The translations under genes were made by a program, and so were the position numbers. Under the pieces are notes generated by a model. It saw only the letters and a program-made list of their open reading frames with translations, searched no databases and was not told where the DNA came from. A stretch of DNA of 63,844 nt, filler included, from an uncultured Methanospirillum sp. (GTDB lineage: Archaea; Halobacteriota; Methanomicrobia; Methanomicrobiales; Methanospirillaceae), in NCBI GenBank assembly GCA_964637135.1. It is 4 parts of 4 records of this genome, joined end to end, with 100 filler letters (N's around TTAATTAATTAA, not from the genome) between each part and the next. Parts side by side here need not be neighbours in the genome. Positions count along the whole stretch, not along the records: positions 1 to 22,093 come from CAZWTX010000037.1; 3 more parts are not named here. One strand, written 5' to 3'. This document shows, in pieces, positions 1 through 11,160 of this stretch (position 1 is its first letter; every line of letters starts with the position of its first letter).

Positions 1-470
1 GCGGACCCTGCCGCTCCAAGAGCCATGTTTCCCGGCATCCGCGGTCCGAAGGGAAGCCGGGTTAAATATCCGCCTTCCTGGTCGATCGCGATGAACAGGG
101 GGACCGGTTCTCCGTCACCCGGGAGAGAGCCATTAGCCTCAAGATCAGTTGTCAGGGTGACCAGCTGGGCAGGTGATACAATATCGCGGGAGAAGAGTAT
201 CACTCCTCCAGGATGAATGGTATCCAGCAGTTCTTTGAGCTCTCCCGTCATCCCGGTTGTCCCGTTGGTTCCGGAGGCAGAGATTGCCGGCATGAAGAGC
301 TGACCGACCCGCTCTTCGGATGTCATGTGGGAAAAGAGATCTGATACATGGCTTTCTCCTCCTGATTCGGCGGTTGCAGGCAGAATACCCAGGAGAAGAA
401 GGACCAGCAATGACGTCAGAAAAAGGCGATGGGATGCAGGAATCAATAGCCGGGAAAAGGAGGCGATCAT
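1..470 (-). CDS. Secreted glycoside hydrolase family 3 (beta-N-acetylhexosaminidase-like), 5' part; runs off the window start
   Basis: Not in the ORF track. Manual translation from ATG at 470: MIASFSRLL...LLVLLLLGILPATA (signal peptide) ...EERVGQLFM...GGVILFSRDI...PLFIAIDQEGGYLTRL...GNMALGA, typical GH3 N-terminal motifs. Confidence 0.85.
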   Translation of the reverse strand, partial: MIASFSRLLIPASHRLFLTSLLVLLLLGILPATAESGGESHVSDLFSHMTSEERVGQLFMPAISASGTNGTTGMTGELKELLDTIHPGGVILFSRDIVSPAQLVTLTTDLEANGSLPGDGEPVPLFIAIDQEGGYLTRLPFGPRMPGNMALGAAGS

Positions 471-505
471 AGATCCGAATTGGATCTCTTCCCTGATGGG
501 GGTTA

Positions 506-3010
506 CTATCTGACCGTGAACCGCTCCATTTCACGGGTTATTCGTTCGGATGTCTCGACCACCTCTGATATAGAGTTGGATATCTGATCAAGAGCTGCAG
601 ATGTCTGTTCGGTGGCAGCCGCCGAAGCAGTTGCTTCAACAGATGTCCGGGTGAGGTGCCCTTCCAGTTCATGAACATTGGAGGTTACCTCATCGACCGC
701 TGCAGCCTGTTCTTCTGCGGCAGCAGAAACTGCCGATATGTGTTCTGAAAGGGCCCCGATGTGGCGGATGATATCTGAAAAAACCACAAGCGTCTCATTC
801 ACCGCGGTATTGCCTGCGGTGACCTCTTCTGACGAACGGTTCAGGGCACTGGTGGTCTGTACCGACTGTCTCTGCAGGTTGGTGATCATCGCCACTATCT
901 TCTCGGTTGCCTCCTGGGACTCAATCGCAAGAGCTTTTACTTCATTGGCAACCACCGCAAACCCAAGACCCGCATCACCGGCCCGGGCGGCCTCGATAGC
1001 CGCATTCAGGGCAAGAAGATTGGTTTGATCGGCAATCGAGCTGATGATGCTTACAATCTCTCCAATCTCGGTCATCTGTCCTGACATCGCTTCCATGGTG
1101 GTACTGCTCTCCAGGATAGAGACGGTGATCTGCTGCATTCCTTCCTCGGCGTTTCTCGCAAGGTGCACTCCTTTCGAGGAGAGATCATCGGTAGTCTGGG
1201 AGATTGCAGCAACCTTATCGATCATCTCGGTTACCTGATTGATAGTACTCGAGAGATCATTCATTGAGGAGAGGATCTGGCTGATCCCAATCATCCCGGT
1301 ATCCGCAAGGGCACTTACTGCTGATGCAGACTCGGCAAGCCGGGCCGAACCTGCCGAGACCTCTTCAATCGAAGCAGTGGTCTCTTCGATTTCTCCAGCC
1401 ATCGATTCGATCTGCTCTTTTACTGCCAGGACAACAGATCCGGACTGCTCACCGATATGGTTCAGTGAATCCCGGAAGGTGGCAAATGCCCCGCTCACCG
1501 GGATGGATGGATCAAAGGATGCGGTATAATCACCTGATGCATACCGGGTGGCGAGATCCATGGCCCCGTTGATCGGATGGATCACCGCGTCGAGGGTAGC
1601 GTTAATCCCGGAGATGATCTCCCTGAACTCTCCCTCGAAGGGTTCGGGATCTGCCCTGACGGTCAGATCCCCTGCCACCGCTGCACGGGATAGATGCTGG
1701 ACGTCAGCAGTCATCCGGGAGAGATTGGTATGCATTGCAAGCATGGCATTTCCGAGCGTATCCCGCGTTGAAGCAACCGGGATTGTAACACTGAGATCTC
1801 CCCGCGCAATTCCCATTGCGGCATCAGCCTTGGCATTTAGCCCTTCCTTTAACCGCCGGAATGAAGCTGCAAGTTTTCCAATTTCGTCGTCAGAACTGAT
1901 GGTTAGAGGAATACTCAGATTCCCAAGGGCAATATGCTCAGCGAATAGTGTTATCTTTCGGATGGGATCCGAGATCTTCTTCGCTGCATAGGAAAGGAGT
2001 ACAAGGCCCAGGATCGTGAGGATGATCCCGATACCCACCATCACAAGGGTGATGGATCTGACGGTTTCAGTGGCCTTGTCTTCAGGGACTGTCAGGAAGA
2101 CCGCCCAGGACTGTTCCATCTCCCCGATAGTAAAGGGTGTTTTCGTTACGATGATTCCGTGTTTTACGAGAACCTCACCGCTCCCTGAAATGAATCCTTC
2201 AGTGATATCATTTCCGGATACCGACCCTGACAAAGAATCTGTCTCATTCAGGTTCTGCCCGAGCAGGGAGGGATCCCCGGTTGCCCCGACGATTGTTCCT
2301 CCGCTGGTAACAATATACTCCCTGAGCAGGTTATCATATCCGGAGATCTGATCGGCCTGCCGGGTGAGCGTTTCAAGCGTGATATCAAGCCCGGCTATTC
2401 CTGCAAATTTTCCATTGACGATGATCGGGGAGGCGGCTGATGTCATCAGGAGATTCGTGTCAACATCAACGTACGGCTCTGTTACCACTGACGTGAGGGT
2501 CTTTTGGGGGATTGTGTAATATTCACCGGTGACAAACGACTCATCAGGCAAGTACGGTCCGGCCACAATCGACCCATTATCACGAATCCACCAGGTCTGG
2601 AACCTTCCGTCAAGGTCGAATCCATCTTTGCGGGCATTTTCTTTACCCCTCCCGTCAAAAACTCCCGGCTCCCAGACAACGTACATCCCGGTATAATCAG
2701 GATGAACTGAGAGGGTTCTCTGGATGATGGCATCCGACTCTTCCGGAGTCAGGGTGATGCCATTTTCACGAATACCGGAGAATGTTTCAGCAAGTGTGGC
2801 GGAGACTGATAGTGCTTCTTCCAGATCAGATCTGATGGGAACGGTCTGATTCTGACCGATCCCGGTAAGATCCTTCTTTACTCCGTCATAACTGATTGAA
2901 CTTATCGAAAAGACTGCAAAACCGATGATCCCCAATGCAACGAGAAGGAACGCAATTCCTCCCCAGAGTACAATCCTCTGACGGATCGATGATATTTTTA
3001 CCTGTTTCAT
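506..3010 (-). CDS. Methyl-accepting chemotaxis protein (Cache-type sensor, HAMP repeats, MCP signalling domain)
   Basis: Two TM segments, YY...TEPY Cache motif, HAMP DEIGKLA, signature [34 protein letters not shown]. Confidence 0.95.
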   Translation of the reverse strand: MKQVKISSIRQRIVLWGGIAFLLVALGIIGFAVFSISSISYDGVKKDLTGIGQNQTVPIRSDLEEALSVSATLAETFSGIRENGITLTPEESDAIIQRTLSVHPDYTGMYVVWEPGVFDGRGKENARKDGFDLDGRFQTWWIRDNGSIVAGPYLPDESFVTGEYYTIPQKTLTSVVTEPYVDVDTNLLMTSAASPIIVNGKFAGIAGLDITLETLTRQADQISGYDNLLREYIVTSGGTIVGATGDPSLLGQNLNETDSLSGSVSGNDITEGFISGSGEVLVKHGIIVTKTPFTIGEMEQSWAVFLTVPEDKATETVRSITLVMVGIGIILTILGLVLLSYAAKKISDPIRKITLFAEHIALGNLSIPLTISSDDEIGKLAASFRRLKEGLNAKADAAMGIARGDLSVTIPVASTRDTLGNAMLAMHTNLSRMTADVQHLSRAAVAGDLTVRADPEPFEGEFREIISGINATLDAVIHPINGAMDLATRYASGDYTASFDPSIPVSGAFATFRDSLNHIGEQSGSVVLAVKEQIESMAGEIEETTASIEEVSAGSARLAESASAVSALADTGMIGISQILSSMNDLSSTINQVTEMIDKVAAISQTTDDLSSKGVHLARNAEEGMQQITVSILESSTTMEAMSGQMTEIGEIVSIISSIADQTNLLALNAAIEAARAGDAGLGFAVVANEVKALAIESQEATEKIVAMITNLQRQSVQTTSALNRSSEEVTAGNTAVNETLVVFSDIIRHIGALSEHISAVSAAAEEQAAAVDEVTSNVHELEGHLTRTSVEATASAAATEQTSAALDQISNSISEVVETSERITREMERFTVR

Positions 3011-4190
3011 GCACCCACCATCCTATCCGGATCTGCTGCCCGCAGGATTCCGGATTGGAGACGGAACGATCCCGGATCACGGTCTGGTTGACACCGGAAT
3101 ACCCGGGGATCTTCACCTGATCACGTCATTTACCAGGAGATAGATACCCCAAGAATATGCCCCCAAATCCTGAAATGGCGATTCACTATATATTCTGATA
3201 GTTTGCCTATAAGGATTATCCTGTTTTTTCCTCATAGGATCAGAATCTTCCCGCATTATGGAACAGACATACGGGTTGAACTGAGCGTATTCGGGGGATG
3301 TCTATCAGAATCGAGAAATCAGAGGATTGTAGTTATAAAGACAACATCATCCAAATTATCGTGCTCTGTACTGTCCGTTGTCTCCTCCTCCCAACCGGCC
3401 GGACAACCCCGACAAAAGCATTGACTGAAGAACACGGATCAGAGTACTATCCGGAATTTTATGTCCGGGTTAATCGTCCCCATGAAGAGATGACTGTCAG
3501 GAGTATCACCATCAGAAAGAATCAGGACAATATATCCCAATGGGAGAGACTGTCCCCCGGTTCCAGATATTCTGAAGCGATAACAACACAATGGTTGTCA
3601 TAATTCTGATATGAGTCCACATTTTTTTTATTTTTTTATATTGAATGTTAAATGTTGAGGGTGTGAACGTTCATCATATTCGTCACACTAACGAGCCCCC
3701 CTTCCCTGAGTTGATTTTGATCCCTTTATCAGGATTCATTTTCGTATCAGGACTGGCCAGGTACCGGTTGCAGCTGAACCGGTTTATCGATAACTTGGGT
3801 GTTACAACCGAAGGCTATTCGACCATGGTTTTTTCTCCTTTTCTTCTGTATAGATTGACTGCCCTGGTGAGCATCACCAGATGGATGTGATAATCCGGTT
3901 CTGCTTATCGATCAGGATATCTTCCATTTTACGGTCATTGGAAGCACCAAATCCCCATTATCTTCCAGGATACTCATCTTTTCGATTCGGTTCAGCATGA
4001 ACGAGAACGGATGCTCCCCCCGTCGTGACATGTATCTTAATCTACAGGGAGATATCCAATATTCTCCCAAAATACGGTAAATTTAATGAGCAAATGGTAG
4101 AGAAGCCAGGTACAGAGAGCCGTCCATCAGATCCTTTAATAAGGTGAATGAAGAACTATACAAAATATTGTTTTTCCTGGGGGAAATAAC

Positions 4191-6164
4191 ATGTTTTTAG
4201 ACAACATTCCATTAAAATCCAAGTTAATCGGGGGCTTTATGGTAGTGGTTGCTCTGGCGGTTATCATTGCCCTGATCGGATATCTCTCGATGGGGACGAT
4301 GACCGAGAAAGCAACCATCATGTATGATGATAANNNNNNNNNNNNNNNNNNNNNNNNNNNNNNNNNNNNNNNNNNNNNNNNNNNNNNNNNNNNNNNNNNN
4401 NNNNNNNNNNNNNNNNNNNNNNNNNNNNNNNNNAATCTGAAGGCGATCATCGCCGATATGAATGCCGAAAAAGAGGAAGCAGCCCTTGAAGGTATTTATG
4501 CAGACAGTTTTTCAGTGCCCCGGGACGCTGCCCAGGATGCTCTGGATCAACTCGAGGCGTATAATTCAAACAAGGCCCGGGAGATGAAAGAAGAGATAGC
4601 CTCGACATATCAGTCCTCTTCACTCCTCTTCCTCATAATCGTATTATTCACCCTGGTCTTTGGCCTCGGCATTGCACTCATCCTGACACGGAGCATCACC
4701 GGACCCCTCTCCGAAACCGTAACGATGATCCAGGAGATGGAAAAGGGCCACCTCGGAATGAGACTTACCATGACCCGCCATGACGAGATAGGAGATATGG
4801 CACGGATCATGGACATCTTTGCAGATAATCTCCAGAACCAGGTCGTCAGGATCATGAAAGCGATTGCCGGTGGCGAAGAGGTAACCGAAATCCCGGTCAT
4901 GGATGACCAGGATGAAATCGGACCGGCACTGAAGGAGACAGCAGATGCGATCAACCGGCTCATTGGTGAGACTGAAAAACTGGTCTCTGCTGCTGCAGCC
5001 GGAGAGCTCTCATACCGGGGTGATGAAACCGGGTTCCAGGGAGGATACCGGAAGATCATCGCCGGTTTTAATACCACTCTCGAAAACCTGCTCCTTCCCC
5101 TGCAGGAGGGAATGGATCTTGCCGACAGGTACGCAGAGGGGGATTATTCTGCACGATTTTCGGAGAATGTTCCGGTAAACGGAGATTTTGTCCGGTTCCG
5201 GGACACCATGAACACGGTCGGAATCGAGAGCGGGCAGGCGGTCAGGATTGTAAAGAACGAAGTAGAATCCCTTCTTTCCAAAATGGAAAGTACCAGTTCT
5301 AGCACGCAGGAGATATCAGCCGGGACGAGAATTCTTGCTGCGAATGCAAACGAGGTGAGTGATCTCACGGAACGATCACGTATTGGAATACAACAGATTC
5401 TCCAGGCAATGAATGATCTCGCCTCCGCAGTGTCCGCAGTTGCTTCCGAAACATCCGGAGTGGCTACTCTTACACAGGAAACTTCAGACCTTTCTTCGAC
5501 CGGAACTGAACTCGTGGAAAAGACCGGACAGGGTATGAAGAATATCAAGGCCTCCTTTGAAGAGACGAACCTGGTTGTCGGGGAAATCCACAGTCAGATG
5601 GATGAAATCGGATCTATCGTCGAGGTCATCGGCGGGATCGCGGATCAGACCAACCTTCTTGCGCTCAATGCTGCCATCGAAGCGGCCCGTGCCGGTGAAG
5701 CCGGTCTCGGGTTTGCCGTGGTTGCCGATGAAGTGAAGACCCTTGCCGAAGAATCACGACACTCTGCAGAGAAGATTGCAACCCTTATCACCGAACTGCA
5801 GAGAAAATCAGAGAATGTCACGATGTCCATGAAACGTTCGATCGATGACGTCAATTCCGGAGATGAAGCGGTGAGGAATACCATGGAAATCTTTGATAAG
5901 ATTGCCGATTCCATCGGAGATCTCTCACACCGGGTAAGCGGGGTTGCTGCAACCACCGAGGAACAGGCTGCCTCGGTTGAGGAGATCAGCGCGAGTGTCC
6001 ACGAGGTCGACACCCAGGTGGAAGCAACCGCAAAATCTGCCATTTCGGCATCTGCTGCAACAGAAGAAGCATCAGCTGCCCTGGATCAGGTCGCCGGGAT
6101 GATTACTGACGCAGCGGCAGCGACTGACCGGATATCTCAGGCGATGGACCGGTTTGTCGTCTGA
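4191..6164 (+). CDS. Methyl-accepting chemotaxis protein (helical sensor domain interrupted by assembly gap)
   Basis: Signature [45 protein letters not shown]; 100 N at 4334-4433 so the true length is uncertain. Confidence 0.93.
   Translation: MFLDNIPLKSKLIGGFMVVVALAVIIALIGYLSMGTMTEKATIMYDDXXXXXXXXXXXXXXXXXXXXXXXXXXXXXXXXXXNLKAIIADMNAEKEEAALEGIYADSFSVPRDAAQDALDQLEAYNSNKAREMKEEIASTYQSSSLLFLIIVLFTLVFGLGIALILTRSITGPLSETVTMIQEMEKGHLGMRLTMTRHDEIGDMARIMDIFADNLQNQVVRIMKAIAGGEEVTEIPVMDDQDEIGPALKETADAINRLIGETEKLVSAAAAGELSYRGDETGFQGGYRKIIAGFNTTLENLLLPLQEGMDLADRYAEGDYSARFSENVPVNGDFVRFRDTMNTVGIESGQAVRIVKNEVESLLSKMESTSSSTQEISAGTRILAANANEVSDLTERSRIGIQQILQAMNDLASAVSAVASETSGVATLTQETSDLSSTGTELVEKTGQGMKNIKASFEETNLVVGEIHSQMDEIGSIVEVIGGIADQTNLLALNAAIEAARAGEAGLGFAVVADEVKTLAEESRHSAEKIATLITELQRKSENVTMSMKRSIDDVNSGDEAVRNTMEIFDKIADSIGDLSHRVSGVAATTEEQAASVEEISASVHEVDTQVEATAKSAISASAATEEASAALDQVAGMITDAAAATDRISQAMDRFVV
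4334..4433. other. Scaffold gap (100 N)
   Basis: Run of N. Confidence 0.99.
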
Positions 6165-6323
6165 TTGATTCATTACCGAGAAGAGCGGGATGCGGGATAA
6201 TACTCTTCGCATCCCCCTGCAGGTGCGATGTTGGATACCCCGTGAACCTCAGGCGCCGTGTTGACCGGAATATGACCCCCCGGGGGTCTGCATACTTTTA
6301 TAAAATCCTCCCGGATACTATGT

Positions 6324-6893
6324 ATGCATCGATCATTCCTCCCATTCACGCTCATTATTACTGCTTTTCTCCTTCTCCTCTCCGCCGGGTGCATAACAGA
6401 CGAGGCACACGGCCTACCTGAACAGGAGACCGGGTCGGCATCAGGGACCACGCCCTTTGCCTGGCTATCAGAACCTATGACCGATATCACAGGCGGTGAT
6501 GAGATCCGGATATCAGATCTCATGACCGAGGGAAAACCGATCATCATCCATACCTTTGCGGTCTGGTGCCCGGCCTGTACCATCCAGCTCCGTGAAACCA
6601 GCAGGCTCGTCAGGGAAAACCCTGATTCATACATCATGATTGGAATGGATATCGATCCCAATGAAGATGCACTGACCGTGAAGAACCATATACAACGGAA
6701 TGGATTCTCCGGGTACTTCGTCAATGCACCCGCCCGGGTATCACGGGATATCGTACAGACACTCGGGACGGGAACTGCCCTCACGCTTCCTCAGACGATC
6801 ATCATCTGCCATGGAGAAGTGATTCTCCTCGGAGATGGGGTATACGGGGAGAAGGAACTGAGCGAGCGGGTATCGGCTATCTGCCCGGAGTAA
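6324..6893 (+). CDS. TlpA/thioredoxin-like lipoprotein
   Basis: Signal ending LSAGC (lipobox-like), FAVWCPAC redox motif. Confidence 0.85.
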   Translation: MHRSFLPFTLIITAFLLLLSAGCITDEAHGLPEQETGSASGTTPFAWLSEPMTDITGGDEIRISDLMTEGKPIIIHTFAVWCPACTIQLRETSRLVRENPDSYIMIGMDIDPNEDALTVKNHIQRNGFSGYFVNAPARVSRDIVQTLGTGTALTLPQTIIICHGEVILLGDGVYGEKELSERVSAICPE

Positions 6894-6983
6894 TGGCACG
6901 GGGTGGTAATCCGTATCTCTAATCCGGGTTACCCCCAGGGAAGTATATATCCGTACCAGCCGGGAGTACACCGGGAGAATCCT

Positions 6984-7391
6984 TCAAAAACCGGTATCGG
7001 GAATGGTCTGCAGAAGGCCGACCTGGTTCCCCTCGGTGTCAGTAATCGGAACAAATAACCCGATACCGGGGATCTCCACCGGCTCTCCGGAGACGGTTCC
7101 CCCGGCTCGGATGACCTTTTCCATGGATGCACGGATATCTTCAACCGCGATGACGACAGAGGGGATATCCAACCTGCCCAAACCTTTCGGGAAAAAACCT
7201 CCACCAATTGCCCCGGCTTTCAGCGGCATCCGGTCCTCATCGGTCTCGGTAGTGGTTGCATGGATATACTTCCCCATCTCTTCCCCAAACTGATACATCT
7301 GCCATCCGAACACACCGGAATAAAAAGTGACCAGACGATCGGCCTGCTCATACGGCATCTCGAAATGAACTACCGGATCCATACGTTCCAT
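6984..7391 (-). CDS. VOC/glyoxalase family protein
   Basis: VVHFEMP...FYSGVFGW...VEDI...AGG...DTEGNQVGL. Confidence 0.9.
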   Translation of the reverse strand: MERMDPVVHFEMPYEQADRLVTFYSGVFGWQMYQFGEEMGKYIHATTTETDEDRMPLKAGAIGGGFFPKGLGRLDIPSVVIAVEDIRASMEKVIRAGGTVSGEPVEIPGIGLFVPITDTEGNQVGLLQTIPDTGF

Positions 7392-7627
7392 GTATGTTCC
7401 CGGTTATTTCATGTTTCCGCTGGATGATCCGGGTGAAAGGTCTCCCATATAATGCCGGCGCCGGTTCATTTCTATCAGCAATTCCCATACAGGATGAGGT
7501 CATCGTCTGATCATCAGTGACCGGTACGCCTCATCCCTTCCAGGGCCATCTCGAATCAGCATCCCGGCATCAGGTACCGGGCTGGTCCGCTGACCGTGGA
7601 CCGGAAAAAAGAAGTGTTTTTTGTTCT

Positions 7628-8251
7628 TTACGCGGGGGGTAACTTCTGAATAATCGAACCAAGAAGAAAGAGAAGAATCCCGTTCATGATCAGTATCACG
7701 GCGATGATTAGTCCTGATACGAGGCCTGGTATCAGCATGGTGATGCCGAATGCAATTGACACGACCGAGAGGATTGCCTGGGTGTTCTGCAATTTCGCGA
7801 GCAGTGGAGCAAGATCAGCCGGAATGGCCGGAGACGCTCCCGGAGCATGGAACATGGCAAGATACCGTTTTCCAAGGAGAAGAACACCACCCGCAATATT
7901 CAGAACACCAAGAAGGATCCGAAGGATATCGGTCAGAATGCCGGGAATGATACATGAGAATATCCCGAGCCCCGCAAAGATTATTCCAAGGAGAATCATC
8001 AGCCATGAACGTCTGTACTGGCCGACCGGGGTCTCTCCCAGTGCCATCATCTGAATTGCGTTGATAACCATCAGCAGACCAAGCTGACCATCCGGCGAGA
8101 ACGGGATGAGCCCAAGGTTTACCGGAACAAGAAGGAACCCAAGGAGGCTCAGGAGCATGCCAAGCAGGATCAGTACCGCAAGGGAAAGGGGAAGGGAGGC
8201 ATCCATGAAGAGCCGGTACCGGCCAGGGAGGGAAACTGAATCGGGTACCAT
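7628..8251 (-). CDS. Multi-pass membrane protein, equivalent to the C-half of 9764..11026
   Basis: Hydrophobic; repeat motif PFSPDGQLGLLMVINAIQMMALGETPVGQYRRSW; GGAGG upstream of the ATG. Confidence 0.75.
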   Translation of the reverse strand: MVPDSVSLPGRYRLFMDASLPLSLAVLILLGMLLSLLGFLLVPVNLGLIPFSPDGQLGLLMVINAIQMMALGETPVGQYRRSWLMILLGIIFAGLGIFSCIIPGILTDILRILLGVLNIAGGVLLLGKRYLAMFHAPGASPAIPADLAPLLAKLQNTQAILSVVSIAFGITMLIPGLVSGLIIAVILIMNGILLFLLGSIIQKLPPA

Positions 8252-8252
8252 T

Positions 8253-8870
8253 TCACACTCCCTCCTGAAGGGATCTCCCTTCCGGCGGATACATCCGGTT
8301 TACTCCCTGTATACACCACGAGAGATAGAATAAACTGATACCATACAGGATGAGAAGCGAGGCCACCTGGGGATCGCTGATAATCCCGGGGAGTAGGGTC
8401 ACAGCACCCAGGATTATTGCTATCAGGTACGCCAGGGCACAGCCAATGATCAGTTTCCGCACATTTGCCGGGCTTTTCACCCAGGCTTTTGCCTTCCCTT
8501 CGGCGACACACAACTGGAAGAGGAGGGCAATCCCCCCGATGAAAAGAAGGATTCCAACCACGAATCGCACGACGTCGGTCAGAAAGCCGGGGATGAAACA
8601 GGCCGTCATGCCAAGAGCAGCGGTACCGATCCCGATGAGAACAACCAGCCACGACCGGCGAAGATCACCAAACGGTGTTTTCCCCATGGTTATCACCTGC
8701 AATGAGACGATAACGAGCAATAGTCCATACATGCTGTCAGGAGTATAAGGCAGATCACCGGTATGGATGCTGAACAGGAGCACGCCAAAGATGAACATGA
8801 ATACTCCAAGTATGAGAAGAATGATGACTTCAATGGAGAGATCATGCTCCCCGAAAAATGATTGTGACAT
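8253..8870 (-). CDS. Multi-pass membrane protein, equivalent to the N-half of 9764..11026
   Basis: Repeat motif PYTPDSMYGLLLVIVSLQVITMGKTPFGDLRRSW; GGAGG RBS. Confidence 0.75.
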   Translation of the reverse strand: MSQSFFGEHDLSIEVIILLILGVFMFIFGVLLFSIHTGDLPYTPDSMYGLLLVIVSLQVITMGKTPFGDLRRSWLVVLIGIGTAALGMTACFIPGFLTDVVRFVVGILLFIGGIALLFQLCVAEGKAKAWVKSPANVRKLIIGCALAYLIAIILGAVTLLPGIISDPQVASLLILYGISLFYLSWCIQGVNRMYPPEGRSLQEGV

Positions 8871-8895
8871 CCTTTATCCTCCATATAGCAGGAAA

Positions 8896-9687
8896 TCAGA
8901 AGAAGGGACGGGCAATCTTCTTTCCCTCTTCAGACAGGTAGCCATAAAGACCCCCGGCAGTCACCGCAAGCCAGTCCAGGATCTCATCACGGGTTCTTCC
9001 CGTCGCGGCACAATAGGTGGTCAGATACATCTCTTCAAGACCCATTCCTGCCATGGCATAATCCAGGTAACTTCTGCAGGCATCGGCTGCCGGAGAACCA
9101 CATGCTACCTCGGCCCAGTCGATGATCTTGTATGACTGCCCGTCGGAGAGGATATTTCCCCCATGAAAATCCCCATGACAGAGGGCATATTCATCAGGCA
9201 GCCGGGAAAGGATATCAAGCAGCCGTTCTTTTTCGGTATCGGCAAGTCCCGGGCTATATGTGATATTCCCATGAATAACCATCCTCAGGGGCCGGAAATT
9301 GGTGGTGACCACCTTGTGCATCATCACCTGCAGGTCGACGACCTTTTCAATGCATTCTTTGGTTTTTGTCAGATCTGCCTGCATGATATCAAGCAGGGAA
9401 GTCCCCTTTACCTCTTCCATGAGAAGCACGGTCTGATCACAGAAGGTCTCAACCCCGTGGACATCAGGGGCGGGGATCCCGAGTTCAGCGATCACGGCCA
9501 TGGTAAACGCCTCCTGGTAGACCTGTCTTTTCGGCTGGCCTATGCGGAATACTTTGGCTGCAATACCATCCCGGGCATATATCACGGCACTCATGCCCGA
9601 GCCGATCTGCTCCCCGTATCGCTTTCTGAACTCCTCGTCATTCCCGATATCATCAAACAGGGAGGTACTTTTTATTTCATTCGCCAT
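8896..9687 (-). CDS. Aminoglycoside phosphotransferase/choline kinase-like protein
   Basis: G-loop IGSGMSAVIY, AKVF lysine, HGDFHGGNIL, IIDW. Confidence 0.9.
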   Translation of the reverse strand: MANEIKSTSLFDDIGNDEEFRKRYGEQIGSGMSAVIYARDGIAAKVFRIGQPKRQVYQEAFTMAVIAELGIPAPDVHGVETFCDQTVLLMEEVKGTSLLDIMQADLTKTKECIEKVVDLQVMMHKVVTTNFRPLRMVIHGNITYSPGLADTEKERLLDILSRLPDEYALCHGDFHGGNILSDGQSYKIIDWAEVACGSPAADACRSYLDYAMAGMGLEEMYLTTYCAATGRTRDEILDWLAVTAGGLYGYLSEEGKKIARPFF

Positions 9688-9763
9688 AATGGAGCCTCAT
9701 TTCACTATCCGGGATGCCGGATCGTTCCCATGAAATAATTTCCTTTGGGTCGGTTAAACCTAT

Positions 9764-11026
9764 TCAATCTGCATCAGCCGGCACCGTTGGTATCAGGAGG
9801 AGATATGCCAGGACAAGGAGCAGGACGCCCAGCATGAACAGGGTGAACAGAATGACAACCCCGGGTATCAGACCGGGAAGGATGAGATTGATCCCGAAGA
9901 TGATGGTCAACAGATAGAGAACAAATACGATACTCACAATTCTCCTGCTCCCCGACCGGGCGGACCCGGCTTTTACCCCGGATGTACGGGTATCACGGAG
10001 ATGACTACCGGCCAGTCTTCTAAGGCCAATACATCCGGTACAGATATTCCAGGCACCAAGGGGGAGAACCGTCCACTCGGAAACGTTCACCGGCACGATG
10101 CAGCAATAGATACCAAGGGAGGCGATGGCAAGCCCGATACTCATCAGCGGCCATGAGCGATGGTACTCCCCGACCGGGGTCTTTCCCAGTGCAAGCACCT
10201 GGATCGCCATAATGACCATGAGGAGTCCGACCTGGCTGTCACGGGAGAACGGAATCATTCCATGACCCACCGGGACGAGGAGAAATGAAAAGAGGAGGAA
10301 GATCACGCCTGAAAGGAGCATGATCGCTACCCGGGTCGGTAATATAGCATCACGAAGCAGGAAATACTGGTTTCCGACAGGAACACCCTTCTTTCCAGGA
10401 TATCGATGTGAAACGATCTGAAGGCTCCCGGCGAGGTACAAGAGGCTGATCCCAAAGAAGATGCTGATGAGTGCGATGCCCGGGTCTGGCAGGATTCCGG
10501 GAACACAGCTGGCAATACCGAAGAGCGTTTCAGCCACGTAGACAAGGCCGCTGGCAATCGCGAGATGCCGGAGGGGACGGGAGATCCGGATCCACCGGAC
10601 GGCTCTGCTATGTGAACCGGTTAATTGCAGAAAGAGAGCGATTCCCCCGACGGTCATGATCATCCCGACCAGTTCACGGATTCCCCCGCCAAGAAGACCG
10701 GGGATAAAACAGGCGATCGTTCCGGGAACTGACAGGGTGATCCCAATCACTATCACGAGCCATGAACGGCGAACGGTTCCGATCGGGGTTTTCCCGAGGG
10801 TGAGCATCTGCAGGGAGAGCATGACGAGGAGCAGCCCGTATGAACTGTCCGGGTTGTAGGGGATATCTCCGGCACGGATACCCTCCTGAAGAAGGCCGAA
10901 AATGAGCATGAACATCCCGGGAACGAGCAGTATCACACATTCAAGGGTCAGATCTGCTGCCCTGAAGGGAACCAGGGAGATAAAACGGTTCCCATTGCTG
11001 CTATCGCTCATGGGTTTTCCCGGCAT
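9764..11026 (-). CDS. Multi-pass membrane protein with internal duplication, unknown function
   Basis: Two copies of P(Y/F)xxDS..GLL.V....Q...LGKTP.G...RSW. Confidence 0.8.
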   Translation of the reverse strand: MPGKPMSDSSNGNRFISLVPFRAADLTLECVILLVPGMFMLIFGLLQEGIRAGDIPYNPDSSYGLLLVMLSLQMLTLGKTPIGTVRRSWLVIVIGITLSVPGTIACFIPGLLGGGIRELVGMIMTVGGIALFLQLTGSHSRAVRWIRISRPLRHLAIASGLVYVAETLFGIASCVPGILPDPGIALISIFFGISLLYLAGSLQIVSHRYPGKKGVPVGNQYFLLRDAILPTRVAIMLLSGVIFLLFSFLLVPVGHGMIPFSRDSQVGLLMVIMAIQVLALGKTPVGEYHRSWPLMSIGLAIASLGIYCCIVPVNVSEWTVLPLGAWNICTGCIGLRRLAGSHLRDTRTSGVKAGSARSGSRRIVSIVFVLYLLTIIFGINLILPGLIPGVVILFTLFMLGVLLLVLAYLLLIPTVPADAD

Positions 11027-11160
11027 GACGTTCTTATCAGGTACGGGAAATGCCAGGAGAACAACATGCCGATCTCATTCGGCAGGAAAGGAAAGAATTC
11101 TTCCCGGGATGGCGTACCAGTACAGTATCAGTATCATCCCGAACCCCCTTGGACCATTAT

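Noticed and set aside
3298..3890. Short ORFs in the 1.2-kb gap between the divergent MCP genes
   Set aside because: No recognisable motifs; cannot be supported as genes
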